DNA from: Eledone cirrhosa
Lineage: Eukaryota
NCBI GenBank assembly: GCA_964016885.1
Contig: OZ024746.1
Location: 54,436,001 to 54,500,000, forward strand
DNA length: 64,000 bases
Reading direction: 5' to 3'
Part shown: in pieces, positions 44,648-63,988 of the stretch
Position numbering within the stretch: the first letter of the stretch is position 1
How the letters are laid out: every line of letters begins with the position of its first letter
Notes under the pieces: generated by a model
What the model was told of the DNA's origin: nothing
The model's database searches: none
The model's input: the letters and a program-made list of their open reading frames with translations, nothing else
Translations under genes and position numbers: made by a program

Positions 44648-46076
44648 TAACAAAGGAATTGTGGTAAGGTACCAGATGGACCATAACGCACCAGAGTACT
44701 CAATACTTAGGGTAGTAGAGTGGGAAATAGGAAAAAGTATGACCCCGACGCCAGAGCTCTAGCCATTTCGACGGCTATTCGTGGACTAAATTAGAATTTT
44801 TAGCCTGGTGAATAAATAGCCGAACTTGTCAAGGGGGTACTTCCTTATATGGGAAGATTGTAGTTGTCAGGAGGATTGGTTGAAATTTGTTGTAAACACA
44901 AATAAGTCTATCATGGCATTTGGTGGAAGGTAGGGGTGGCTGAACTTGCCTGTAGAACAATAGGGGAGTGAGTGGAGCGGTCAAGCGTTGAAAGTAATAT
45001 GTATACAGCAGAATCTAAGGATAGTGTATGAAGTGGAGGAGCGATGTTATAGTAAATCGAATGATAATAATATAACCTACATTCTCACTTGGAGCTTACT
45101 GTCCAGAGCTAACTCTTACACGGGAGGACGCCGTCCGTGTAATTTATGCTCGGAGGAAACATTACAAATGTTGTTTTCGAAGGACCAACTCCTAAACAAG
45201 AAAGACGAACTGGTAATCGCATGCAAACACAGATTGCGTAGGACTTACCTCGCCCTCAAACCCCATAACGACCCGGGTGGGTAGACAAGGGCTGATACAA
45301 CCCTCCCACTTGCCGAATAAGTTAGGGGGAAACCCCAGCTTACATAGGTATCTCTTTTCTTTTCCCCTTTGTCTTCTTCTTCCCCCTGTCTCATCCTATC
45401 ACTTCCTTCCACCCTCTATTTTCTTCCTCGTCTGCTTTTCCCATTTCGCCTACCCCTATACATCCCATCGGGCCTCTGTAGCATCAGTTCCCCCACTCCT
45501 GTAATTTTAAGATAGAATTGGCCTAATAAGTTTTAACTACTTATAGCAGTTGTGTCAAACCCCTTTTATTTTTGTATCAGTTTTGTTACTACTCAATTTC
45601 TACAAGTTTTTTTCTATTCTCAACTTATTAACCTGTAATTGTAAGATAGCATTGTGATTTTTTTTATTCTTTTCTCACTATCTAATTTTATATATATATA
45701 TATTTTTTTCTATTATCTTTTATTGTCTCCTACTCTCATTCGATTTACCTATTCTATAACATCCCTCCTCCACTTCATACACTATCCTTAGATTCTGCTG
45801 TCTACATATCACTTTCAACGCTTGACCGCTCCACTCACTCCTCAATTGTTCTACAGGCAAGTTCAGCCACCCCTACCTCCCATCAAATGCCATGATAGAC
45901 TTATTTGTGTTTACAACAAATTTCAACCAATCCTCTTGACAACTACAATCTTTCGATATAAGGAAGTACCTGCTTTGCAAGTTCGTCTATTTATTCACCA
46001 GGCTAAACATTCTAATTTAGTCCAGAAATAGCCGTCGAAACGGCTAGAGCTCTGCCGTCGGGGTCATACTTTTTCC

Positions 46077-46079
<3 letters not shown>
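44648..46079. mobile_element. PLE fold-back, arms ~44728-45064 and ~45736-46079, tail on the left
   Basis: Inverted arms; + strand spacer peptide WSLLSRANSY..CNLCSEE..LLNKKDELVIACKH typical of a PLE C-terminus. Confidence 0.85.
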
Positions 46080-46119
<40 letters not shown>

Positions 46120-46898
46120 GCGTGTATGTATGTATATGCATGTGTATAAGTATATGTTCATCCATTTATTTATGAATGCGGTGTGTATTTTCGTGTAGAT
46201 GTATGTATAGTTTCTCTTCTCTCTCACTATCTCCTGCTCTCTCTCTGTCTCTCTCTGTCTTTCTCTCTCTCTCCCTCACACACACACACACTGTCTGTGA
46301 ATGTATATACTTCCATACACGTTTATCTGCTTCCAAATTTTCTTTTTCCCATTCCAAAATATAATCTTAATTTGTATTCTTCGTAATGTGAGGTTTAAGT
46401 TATATTTTCTATATGTTTTTCTTTTTCTATTTACCATTAATTTCTCATGGCGATCTCATTAGTTGAAGGTTAATGTTTAGCGACCTTATAATTACCAAAG
46501 ATGACATCTTGCAGTTTAAGATACTGATGTCATGTTATGTGGACCCCGAGTTCGATACATAACAATGTTTTCTGAACCGTTATGTGCGACCCCGGATATT
46601 TCAATCAACGACGGAGAAACAGACGGACGGACCAATTCCATTACATTTGATGCTAATTCTATTGTATATGTATGAACACATATATGTATGGTCTGTGTGT
46701 GTGTGTTATGGATCTGTGTGTGTGTAAGTGTGTTGATCGTGTATGTGTGTGTGTGAAATGTGTGTGTATGTAGGGTTGTATGGATCTGTGTAAGCATGCG
46801 ACCATGATGTTAGGCGTATATATATATGTGTGTGTGTGTGGGGGGGGGGGGTATGTATCTATATAGATAGATATGTTTGTAGGGGCGTAGATATACCC

Positions 46899-46931
<33 letters not shown>

Positions 46932-46935
<4 letters not shown>

Positions 46936-47560
46936 GTATAGAATCAATACAATTACCTCATTACCAGAGGTTTCCCGAATGAGGCGAATACGAAATAAAC
47001 GACTTCATTCGTTCGTCAGACGAGGCAATATAAAACATGGGCAAATACTTAGAAAAACACATCAATAAATCAAAAAAATATATAGATAAATGAAATAGAA
47101 ATTGAAATATATAAAAATCTATCAAGAAAAATAGTTAGGTGTGTGTATGTGTATGTATATACGCTCACAGATATGCATATATGTATATGTGCACATGTAA
47201 ATGTATAGTTTTCTAACTATACATTTACATGTTCACATATACATATATGCATATCTGTGAGCGTATATACATACACACACCTAACTATTTTTCTTGATAG
47301 ATTTTTATATATTTCAATTTCTATTTCATTTATCTATATATTTTTTTGATTTTCTTGATGTGTTTTTCTAAGTATTTGCCCATGTTTTATATTGCCTCGT
47401 CTGACGAACGAATGAAGTCGTTTATTTCGTATTCGCCTCATTCGGGAAACCTCTGGTAATGAGGTAATTGTATTGATTTTATACATTAAATTTTGCTCTG
47501 ATACTTACATAGAGCACTCTTCATTTCTATGACCTTTTCTGTTTCCAACGGAAATTTCAA

Positions 47561-47563
<3 letters not shown>
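46932..47563. mobile_element. Fold-back PLE-type element (~280-bp arms, 4-nt loop) with tail
   Basis: Arms 46932-47210 and 47215-47488, centred on atagtt-ttct-aactat; (TA)n flanks. Confidence 0.85.
47394..47465 (+). ncRNA. Type I hammerhead ribozyme (mirror copy on - strand at 46955-47026)
   Basis: gcctcgt-CTGACGA-acgaatga..tcattcgg-GAAA-cctctgg-TA-atgaggt. Confidence 0.8.
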
Positions 47564-47610
<47 letters not shown>

Positions 47611-47786
47611 TTATACATATTTATATATAAATATTTATATGTATATATATATACAGACACATATATATATATATTTATGCATCATACATATACACACATA
47701 TAGAGAAACATACATACATAGATCCAAATATACATTAATACATACATATATACATATGTACGTACATACATACTTATACATACATT

Positions 47787-47880
<94 letters not shown>

Positions 47881-48015
47881 CTGTCTTTGTGTGTACGTGA
47901 ATCGTCTATTTTTCAGTAGAGAACGGGAAAATGGAAAAAGAGTGAGCGAGAGACAGAGATAGATAGATAGATAGAGATAGAGATAGAGATAGAGATAGAA
48001 TGATTGAGAGAGAAA

Positions 48016-48105
<90 letters not shown>

Positions 48106-49191
48106 GAGAGAATGCAGGAGAAAGCAAAAATCAGGGAGTGATAATGAGAGAGTGAAATATGAGTGAATAAAATGAAAGGAAAGATTAAAAACAGAGATAT
48201 TGCCTTTGCGATTATTGCTTGGTTAGTTGTAACTCAAAAACGTCATCTAGAAGCACTTCCGATTGCTTTGCGCTCATTTTCGAAATGTTTATACATTCCT
48301 GTAGTGTGTTGGGAGTGTGGGGCAAATGCTTGGCTTAAATGCCGATATACTTTTCCAATAAATACATGTATGTTCTTTAAAAATCTTAATTGAAACGTAA
48401 CGTTCACTTCAATAAAGACCTGATTTGATAGCTGGCCCTGTTTATTGAAAATATTGTCCACGTCTTGCTGTGAATATGCTTCTTGCCAAATTAAATTGGC
48501 CACCATTTTAATGTATGTGTTTTGCCTAGATTTAACCATCATCTTCAACAGAAAATCAAATAGATTTACTCTTAGATTGCTTATTAGCCTAAGCTTTCAA
48601 GCTGTTACACATACACATCCACATACATATAAATTTGTTTTATTTTTGTTAGTGTTGTTTTTGTTTTAATTTCTTTCTTATTAATATTGTTGTTGTTATT
48701 TTTGCTCACATGGCACATTTTTATAGTAGTTATATATATAGTGGGAGGCGGAGATGATGTTGTCGTTACTGTTGTTGTTAGTGCTTTTATTTTTGTTGCT
48801 ATATTTTTCATAGAGGAGGCTTGTAATGGTGGTTATGTTGCTGGAGTTGTTAGTTGTTATTGTTGGTATTTTTATTATTATTATTGTTGATATTGCTGTT
48901 AGTTTTTTGTTTATTGTTGCTCTTACAGTGTAGTTTATGATGTTGTATATTTTTTTACAGGGGTGGAGTTATTTTTAATGTCATGCGCCGTTGTTTTTTT
49001 TTTTATCGTTTCTGTATTGCTGTGTTTCTGTGTTGTTATGTTGTGTTGTGTTCATGCTATTGTTGTTCTATTAATATTGATAATGTTTGGTGTTACTATA
49101 ATCTATATAGATTTCGTTTTGGTGTCGTTGTTGTTTTCGTTCTCGTTATCCATTTCATCTATCTCTCTCTCTCTCTATATATATATATATG

Positions 49192-49274
<83 letters not shown>

Positions 49275-49396
49275 ATGTTCGTGTATGTGTGTGTGTACAC
49301 TTATTCATGTCAGCGTAAGTAAATAACCGTATATAGACACATATGCACGTATTTGTGCAAGTATATATATATATATATGTGTGTGCATCTGTGTGT

Positions 49397-49441
<45 letters not shown>

Positions 49442-49840
49442 TTGAGGAAGTAGTCTCTGTGTTTCGGTTGTGTGTTGTATGGGAATATGTCTCGATATAT
49501 GCTGCTGTATTATGTATCAACATTGCTGCTATTTTATACTCTAACTCTGTTCTGTTGACTGTTAAGTATATTGGTAAGGACAGGCCAAAATATAGTGCTT
49601 GTAATCTGAGACAAACCCACTCTGTAATGGCTGTGTATCTCAGTTCCTTCCGATCCACACTTATATCAACACACAAAACACCCTCAGCAGCAGCCTTTAC
49701 GGGATTTCCCGTGATCCCAACGAGAATAAGGACCTGATCCACTACAGGGATTTAGTCTGTGGCTCGGCGTAAATAGATTTATCAAGTACCTCTTACTTGC
49801 TAATCAATAGACGTACTGAACTAATGTAAAATAACACGTG

Positions 49841-49903
<63 letters not shown>

Positions 49904-50118
49904 TTATATGTTTGTGTGGGGGGGGGGGGGGCGTGTGTGTGTCACGTGTTATTTTACATTAGTTCTGTACGTCTATTGATTAGCAAGTAAGAGGTACTTG
50001 ATAAATCTATTTACGCCGAGACACAGACTAAGTAGCTCTGGAGACGGAAAAATAGAGAATCGAACTACGTATCTACCGAATACCGAGTACACCTGCTTAA
50101 ACATTACGTCAAAGATAA

Positions 50119-50170
<52 letters not shown>

Positions 50171-50409
50171 ATCTGTTTGACAGCTAAACGAAAGGATGGC
50201 AATTAGTGGCCAGATATTCTTTGACGTAATGTTTAAGCAGGTGTACTCGGTATTCGGTAGATACGTAGTTTGATTCTCTATTTTTCCGTCTTCAGAGCTA
50301 CTTACCCAATTTAGTTAGCAATTATATATTGTTGATAATGAACTATTTGTTATGGCGACTATATATTCAAATTATAAATATGGCTTGTTTGTTTGTCTGT
50401 CCACAATTA

Positions 50410-50526
50410 CCGTATTTCCTGATGCCGAAGACGTTTCGTCCTCGAGGACGCACCCTAATTTTGACAACCAAAAATTTGAGACTTATGTTAGGAAAAAAGA
50501 AGCGTCTTCGACGCTGGGAAATACGG
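50410..50526. mobile_element. Tc1/mariner(pogo)-type MITE with TA duplication
   Basis: Imperfect ~25-bp TIRs ta|ccgtatttcctgatgccgaagacg ... cgtcttcgacgctgggaaatacgg|ta. Confidence 0.75.
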
Positions 50527-51388
50527 TACGTAGTCCAACACTTTAGTCATCGCTGTTCTATCTTTTCAATCCAACCGAATTTACGTAGATGGAAACTGAA
50601 TAGAAGCCCTCCAGATGTATTGTACTTGCAATGCACAGAATCATCCCTGACAAACACTGCATCACACTGAATGTCCCTGAGAATTACGCGAGAGGTACAA
50701 TAGTCTTCGGAACGCTCTGTTATTTGCACGTCCATTTCATGATCAATCTTTTACGTTGCTCGAAATATTGGAACATTCAAATTATTTATGAAACCGATGG
50801 AAATTAATTTCCTATTCATGAATGGGTAGTTACACACTGTAACGTTAAATCACCCTGTGGATTATATTAACGCAAGGGCCTTCTTTCAGGGGGGTACCAG
50901 GGAATACGCCCCCCCCCCCCCTCCCAACCACCCACTTTTTGAAACGTCTATATTTTATTTTTTGTTTATTTGATATAATACATTCTTTTTAAGCTTATTC
51001 TTTTATATCTGAACTTCATTTGAATATATAAAATTTAATTAGCGTAAAATTTTACTTATGTGATAGAGTCCGGGAAAGGCAGCATAAGTAATTTATGTTC
51101 CTTTAAGAATCAACAAATGTTAGTTTGTCTCCTTCACATTTTTAAGGCAAACAAAGCCTCTGTACTAAGGGTACACGTTTATGTAGAAGTTTCAGCCATG
51201 TGTACGTTAATTTCACGAGCAGACTGTGATTGTTCTGCTGGTCATATCAAATATCTAAATCACTAATACTTGAATTTGATGGACGTCTCTTCCTTATCTA
51301 TGTATGTGTGTATGTGAAAATGCATGTTTATGTGTATGTATTGGTTTATATGTATGTATAGTGTATATATGTATGTATAGTGTTACTG

Positions 51389-51608
51389 CTCACCGACATC
51401 CAGAGTTGACATTGCACTCAGTGCTCCTTTGGTAGTCCCTACATGGACACACTAGAAGAGGAAGACCAAGGTTAACATATGTTGATGCCCTAAGGACAGA
51501 CACTGGTTTGTTGGAGATGCAGGATATGGCAGCGATAATGAGGGACAGAGACCGCTGGAGAGAACTCGTCCATGGATCTCGGGAATTTTACCCGCCTTAG
51601 ATAGATAG
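51389..51608 (+). mobile_element. 5'-truncated RTE/RTEX-like LINE 3' end with 12-bp TSD
   Basis: RRGRPRLTYVD..MRDRDRWR peptide, (atag)n tail, atagtgttactg at 51377 and 51609. Confidence 0.8.
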
Positions 51609-51641
51609 ATAGTGTTACTGTATACTTAGTATACAGTAAAT

Positions 51642-51735
51642 TATGTCTATGGATTGCACTATGTCTATGGATTGCACTATGTCTATGGATTGCACTATGT
51701 CTATGGATTGCACTATATCTATGGATTGCACTATG
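51642..51735. repeat. 18-bp minisatellite, ~5 copies
   Basis: atgtctatggattgcact repeated. Confidence 0.9.
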
Positions 51736-52277
51736 CAGCCAATTTCATGTTTATTTCACGAGAAGCCTGTTCTGTTGATCGAACAACTGGAAAATTCATC
51801 ATTGAAACGGAGGGAGGTCAATGCCCCGTACATGTATGTGTGTGAGTGTATATGTTAATGTGTATGTATCCGTGTGTGTGTATATGTGAATATGTGTGTA
51901 TATGTGAATATATGTGAATATATGTGTATATGTGAATATGTGTGTATATTTCTGTGTGTGTGTATATGTGAATATCTGTGTATGTCCGTGTGTGTGCATA
52001 TGTGAATATGTGTGTATATATCTAAATATGTGTGTATATATCTGAATATGTGTGTATATGTGAATATGTGTTTATATATCCGTGTGTGCATATGTGAATA
52101 CGTGTGTATATATCTGAATAAGTGTGTATATCTGAATATGTGTTTATATATCCGTGTGTGTATATATCTGTGTGTGTGTGTATATGTGAATATCTGTGTA
52201 TATATCCGTGTGTATATGTGAATATGTGTGTATATATCTGTGTATGTATATGTGAATATATGTGTGTGCATATATAT

Positions 52278-52767
52278 AGCCTCTTCCTCACCCTTCACTC
52301 ACTCACTCTCTGCTACTACCTCTCCTACTTCCTCCTGTTTGACCTGTGCGTAATTCTTTTCTCGCGCACGCTTGAGCAGGTTGGTTGTTCCTTTTTTCTC
52401 TCTTGTCTACGATTTCACAGAACTTATGTTCACCGAATCATGGACTAGACTCCTTCTTCCTCCCGTTTGACCTGTGCGAAATTCCTTCCTTGCTCACATT
52501 TCGACTAGGTTTGATGGTCTTTATTCTCTCTCGTTCACGATTTCACCGAACTTATATTCATGGAAATCTGGGACTTAACTCTTTCTTCCTCACTTTTCAT
52601 TGCTTTACCATCTTTGATTGTTCACAGTCTCGCTCGTTCCCCTTATCTACGTGTCCCAACGACTTTCTTTAGCCGTTGATCGCACCAACCGGAGGTATAT
52701 GATCTTTAAAGCGATGAAATACCAATGAAGGTTGGAAGATCACTGATGAAGGACTAACTTTATTCAT
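52278..52767 (+). repeat. Dispersed repeat also present, permuted, at 30372-30715 and 30870-30995
   Basis: Shared text gactagactccttcttcctcccgtttgacctg...cactgatgaa.gactaactttattcata. Confidence 0.8.
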
Positions 52768-53315
52768 ATATATATATATATATCCGTGTGTGTGTATATG
52801 TGAATATGTGTGTATATATCTCTGTGTGTATATGTGAATATGTGTGTATATATCTGTGTGTGAATATGTGAATATGCGTGTATATATCTGTGTGTGTATG
52901 TGAATATGTGCGTATATGTGAATATGTGTTTATATATCCGTGTGTATTTGTGTGCATGTGAATATGTGTGTATATATGTGTGTGTGTACGTGAATATATG
53001 TGTATATATGTGTGTATGTGTGAATATGTGTGTATATATCTGTGTATGTATATGTGAATATGTGTGTGTGTATATATATATATCCGCGTGTGTGTATATG
53101 TGAATATGTGTCTATATGTGAATATGTGTGTATGTGTGAATATGTGTTTATATTGAATATGTTTATATATCCGTGTGTATGTGTGTGCATGTGAATATGT
53201 GTGTATATATCTGTGTGTATATGTGAATATGTGAATATGTGTGTATATGTGAATATATGTGTACATATCTATGTGTATGTGTATCCATACGAACTGAGTA
53301 TGTATTAATATTAAT

Positions 53316-53684
53316 TATTTCTACTTTAGGCACAAGGCCAGCAATTACCCAGTACATTACTGGTACTTTATTGTATCGACCCCGTAAGGATGAAAGGCAA
53401 AGTTAACCTCGGCGGGATTTGAACTCAGACTATAAAGGGCCGTAACTCTATGCTGCAAAGCATGGCCTCCGACCCTCTATGTATTAATATTAATTGTTTC
53501 TACTTATGGCACAAGGCCAGCAATTAATCCAGTGCATTACTGGTACTTTATTTTATCGACCCCGTAAGGATGAGAGGCAAAGTTAACCTAGGCGGGATTT
53601 GAACTCATAATTGCAAGGGCCGTAACTCTATGCATCAAAGCATGGTGTCCAACCCCCTACCGATACTGCCAATTCACCGCCCTC
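53316..53684 (-). mobile_element. Tandem pair of SINE A copies with a triplicated 15-bp target
   Basis: tgtattaatattaat at 53301, 53480 and 53685. Confidence 0.85.
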
Positions 53685-53859
53685 TGTATTAATATTAATG
53701 GCAGAGAAAAGGTGGCGTATATTTTAAACTAAGTAGTTTCCAATTAGAATTGATTGAGGGAGTTAAGTATATAACATGTTTGGCTGTCATACAACCATGT
53801 CTATTTTCAATTGAAAAATAATTAGGATATCTCTGAATATTCGTCTAGATTTCCTACCC

Positions 53860-54420
53860 ATATGTTGCTACCGCTGTTGTTGGTCCTGTTCTTGTTGCCA
53901 TTGTTGTTGCTGCTGTTCTTGTTGCCATTGTTGTTGCTGCTGTTCTTGTTGCCATTGGTTTTTGTTATTGGCATCGATATCGTCGTTGTTATTGACACTG
54001 TTATTGTTGTTATTATTGTTGTGACTGTATTTGTTGTTGTCGTTGTTGCTGGTCCCCCTGTTGTTGCTGCTGTTCTTGTTATTGTTGTCATTGTTTTTTT
54101 GTTATTGGCACCGATATCGTCCTTGTTATTGACACTGTTATTGTTGTTATTATTGTTGTTACTGTATTTGTTATTGTTGTTGGTCTCCCTGTTGCTGCTG
54201 TTGTTGTTGTTGTTACTGTCGTCCTTATTGGCACTTGTTTTACTGCTGCTCTTGTTGTTGCTGTTGCAACTGTTGTTGTTGTTGTCGTTATTCTTGGCAC
54301 TGTTGTTGCTGCTATTCTTGTTATTTATGTTATTGTTGCTTTGTTCTTGTGGCTACTGTTATCGTTATTGTTGTTATAGGCTTTTTTGTTGTTGTTGTTG
54401 TTGTTGTTTCTGTTGTAGCT
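53860..54420. repeat. (GTT)-rich low-complexity region with internal duplications
   Basis: Repeated ttgttattggca.cgatatcgtc.ttgttattgacactg blocks. Confidence 0.8.
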
Positions 54421-55235
54421 GGTAGACTGTTGTATTTATTAAGGTCGTGGAAATATTTATCCTGGCAGTGAATTCTATATATTGGCCGCCAAAATTCATC
54501 AAATTCTTTGTAATGTGAGTCAACGATCGACATGCTAAACCTGATAGACAAATTCCTTTAGATCGCACCCTATCTAATAACTCATATTGACATGGGATAG
54601 TCTAGGTTACTGGAATTACTTTGATCATAAGTCTGGTCAGTCGGTGATAGCCTAGGGCTAAACAACAATAAGATAAACAACAACAATATATTTTTCAATG
54701 CAAATGTATTTGGGAACTTTGAAGTGGATTTTTGACTTGCTTGGCATAGCGGCCAAATTTCCATCAAACCAAGCTTTTGTATGTTTAAAAAAAAAGACAT
54801 TAATATTTTATTTTAGATATGCTATGATCTTTTATTCATGTCTTATATTGTTTTAGTAGTTTCCGTCATTGGTTTACAGCAATACAGGAGTATGGTGCTT
54901 TTGCCTGTATACCATTACATGGACAAAAATATTTTTTAGAGAAATCAAAAGGACAAAAAATAGATTCCAGTAACTCAAGGAACGTAGCAACTTAAGAAAA
55001 TACATTAAGGCATTTTGTCGAACCCATCAACGAAAGTGCCGAAAAGGATTCTATCAGTTTCACATTCTGTCACTCTCTTTCCCTCTCTCACGCACACACA
55101 CACACACACACACACGCTAACGCTTTCACATTTGCTTCACTACGCATGCATTTAAATACATAAATGCATACACACAAACATAATCACACACACACAAACA
55201 TACACATACACACACATATGTTTATTATAAATAAT

Positions 55236-55421
55236 TGTTTCTACTTTTGGCACAAGGCCAGCAATTACCCAGTACATTACTGGTACTTTATTTTATCGAC
55301 CCCGTAAGGATGAAAGGCAAAGTTAACCTCGGCGGGATTTGAACACAGACCGTAAAGGGACGTAACTATGTTGGAAAGCATGGCGTCCGACTCTCTACTG
55401 ATACTGCCAATCCACCGCCCC
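55236..55421 (-). mobile_element. SINE A copy with 18-bp TSD
   Basis: atgtttattataaataat at 55218 and 55422. Confidence 0.85.
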
Positions 55422-55894
55422 ATGTTTATTATAAATAATATGTTTCAATATACCACACCACTCTGAATCACGTTAGCGATACAGCTAATATATGAATGTA
55501 TATAGTAACGTGAGGATTCACGTGGCCTAGTGGTAAGGGTGTTGGACTTACGAGCACAACGTTGTGGGTTCGATTCTTGGGTTGCGTGTTGTGTTCTTGA
55601 ACAAAACACTTCATTTCACGTTGCTCCAGTATACTCAGCTGAAAATGAGTACCAGCAATAGCTGGGGTTTATCCCTGCGATGGACTGGCATCCTGTCCAG
55701 GGGGGAGTCTTCTACTCTCAGTCGCTTCACGCCATGAAACCCGGATAAGCACTGACAAATGTGCCTTCTAGCTTGAGACAGACTTTCAACTTAGATATAA
55801 TAATATACCTACAAATGTATATCCCGTCCACGGATGTAAAGCAAATTATTTGTATTTGTGTTCCAATGTATTTGTTTTCGGATAAAAGGTGTTA

Positions 55895-56260
55895 ATTTGA
55901 AATCATTCAAAGTGGCTTACGGATCCGCCAAGAGTGTGTACTGTTACCGCTTATGTTTATAATTTTCATGATCAAGATTGACATATGCAGCTAGGTTGCG
56001 AGTGGTAACAAATATGATGGGTGTAGGATCAGTTGGCTGGAATTTGCAGATGACATGGTGTTATTTAATTCGTCGCAAGGGCATTTCCCACATAAAATTA
56101 ATATATTTGCAGCCGAGTCCTGCATCGCACGAATGAAAGTCTGTGCTGCAAAATCTGGGAAAATCGGTCTCTCAAAGAAGCCTGCGCAATGTACTCTACA
56201 TGTGAGTGGAGTTCTACTAGAGCAGATGGAGAATTTAAAGTATCTCGTGACATAATATTC
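55895..56260 (+). pseudogene. Degenerate LINE reverse transcriptase fragment (RTE-like)
   Basis: RQECVLLPLMFIIFM..ISWLEFADDMVL..VLLEQMENLKYL. Confidence 0.7.
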
Positions 56261-57156
56261 AGGCACTGAAGATTAGGTTCCAATTTTGACCCCTCTTATA
56301 ATCAGAAGTTATGGTAAATATTTGGCATTGAAAACTTATGTAGCGTTTAAGATAAAACTTTATCAAACAATAGTTCTTGATTCTTACTGCAGTTACGTCC
56401 TGAAAATGATCGCAGTATTCTAATAATTTAATATACAAGATTATGGGAACAGGACTCTGAAGAGAATCTTTCATACCCGAAGAAATTTCGAGTTAATATT
56501 GTAACCAATATTTTCTTCAAAATGGACATCTGTCAGGTGGCATATATACCACACAGTAATAAATGGACTGTTGGCAAGCCAACGGGGTTGCTAGAAATAA
56601 CAGTTCGTTTTAGCCTTTTTTACGCCACATTGTAGACAGAGTCTAACAAATTATTTGTTACCACTCACACAGTAAAGACTCACGAATGACCATGGGATTT
56701 ACACCTTGAAACTTTCCCTCCCAAGCACAATTCCGGGCAAGGTTGTTTATGGAAAACTAGCAGTCGCCCAAGCATACCATCTTCCCCTCTCCACGCCACC
56801 GATGATGTGCAAGTGAAAGGTTATGGCCGATACAGCTTGACTCCAGAGACGTTGCAACTCATTTCTAGATTGGAGTAAATTGGAGCAACGTGAAATAAAG
56901 GGTCTTGCTCAAGAAAACAAAGCATCACCCGGTCCTAGAATCGAACTCACAAACTCCCGATTGCAAGCTCATTGCGCTAACCACTGAGCCATGCGCCTTC
57001 ACACCACTGCCACTCCTACAAAGTAGAGAAAAAATGCCTAACACGAATTGCTAGAAACACACACGTACACACACACAGACATACACATACATACACAGAC
57101 ACACGCAGACACAGAAACACACACTCACACACATATATGTAACATATATATATATA

Positions 57157-61198
<4,042 letters not shown>

Positions 61199-61804
61199 TA
61201 TATATATATATAAGCATATATTTATTTTTTTATTTTCAATAGAGTTCTTAAACACGTTGGATTGATAATGTTTTCAAAAAAACTAATTAACCCGCGTGTA
61301 TATTATTTTTTTTCCTCATTTTGTGGATTGTCTCCCCTTCCCGCTTCGTGTCGCTATGATACTTCCTCAGTCAAAAACTGCTGGAATTTCAAATTTGGCG
61401 GTCATTCGAGGTGAGAGAGAGCAACTTTACGGACATGATTTTTGACAGCGGTAAGAAATTGTTTTCTTATATCAATGTTTAATGGGCTTCCACTGATTAT
61501 TTATAAGTGCCCACCTAAATATATTCTTACATGAATATATATTAGGCTTCTACATAAACTGGAAACATTCTCCTAAACTTGTAGAAAACTTATAATGAAA
61601 CAATTGTTTGGAAAGAGAGATATACTTTAACTTTAATTATATCTCATAAAATAATACAACTGGTTTTTCCACATTATACATATTGTTAGCACCCCAAACA
61701 CTTAAATTGGGTTTATATTTTAATATAACCTAATGTTTGTTGAGTGAGATGGTTACCAGTCAGAGTTTAGCTTTAAACTATCTCTGTTATTGTATTAAAT
61801 TATA

Positions 61805-61835
<31 letters not shown>

Positions 61836-61911
61836 TTATATATATACATATATATATATATACACATACATATATATACACACATATATATTTATATTTA
61901 TATATATATAA

Positions 61912-62014
<103 letters not shown>

Positions 62015-62450
62015 TATATATTGTGCGTGTACTTCAACATACGTCCAGTTTCATATAAACACTCTTTATATGAAACAACATTTATTCGTAACCGTACATG
62101 TATCAATATTTATTCAGGAATTAAGAAACGTGACTTTACAAATCAATTTGTATGTTAAAGTGCAGTCAACACCCACTAACATATTCCCAAGAATTAAATA
62201 TCTATGATGAGGTCATTGAGTACAAAAAATAATTCCATTTAACTGTTTAAATTAATTTGTGGTGATTTCATTCACTTGGCCTCGGCTTATATCTTTTCTT
62301 TCTTTTTCGTTGTTGAAACGTCTCAATCGCTCTGCAACACAACACGTGACCATTCGATCGATTAATCATATGAATACTAATTGAATTGTCTATGTGTTGT
62401 CTTATAGATTATGTGATTGTTTGTGTGTCAATGTAAATATATGTACGCAT

Positions 62451-62506
<56 letters not shown>

Positions 62507-62573
62507 ATATATATATACGAAAATAGTCAGGACCCCGATGGCAGAGCTCAAGCCGTTTCGACGGCTATTTCTG

Positions 62574-62686
62574 GACCATATCACGCTGAAAACACCTGTT
62601 CTCGTCCGATCACCGTAGTAAAGCAATGTCGCACCTAGTTAGTACTTAGATGTGTGACCGCTTTGGAAACCTACGTGCTGTAAGCA
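62574..62686 (+). pseudogene. 5S rRNA-derived copy, 5'-truncated by ~6 nt and diverged
   Basis: gaccatatcacgctgaaaacacctgttctcgtccgatcaccg..aagca..ttagtacttagatg.gtgaccgc..gtgctgtaagc matches metazoan 5S, including the box A and box C regions. Confidence 0.9.
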
Positions 62687-62689
62687 CCT

Positions 62690-63638
<949 letters not shown>

Positions 63639-63942
63639 TCGGTTTCAGTTTTTAGGTGAAGATTTTGTTGCAGATATTAGAAATAGAACGTGTGTATGTT
63701 ACGATGTATGCATGTGAGTTTCTGTGTGTGTATACACACATATATATATATGTATATATATATACACTTTAAATTATCTCTGTAATTGTTTGATGTTTTT
63801 TATTTTATATATATTTTCATTCGACTTTTAGTTTAATATTAAATGCTCGGATTTACCACTTGTAATCTTTGAGCTTATTCCACAGGTGGTATGGCGCATG
63901 TTTCTCATATTTTCAGACATGGCATCTTTAATCTAATTTTGG

Positions 63943-63988
<46 letters not shown>

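Noticed and set aside
53862-54425. Leu/Val-rich membrane protein ORF
   Set aside because: (GTT)n low-complexity artefact.
62574-62686. Functional 5S rRNA gene
   Set aside because: 5' end missing, many substitutions, no oligo-T terminator, not in an array.
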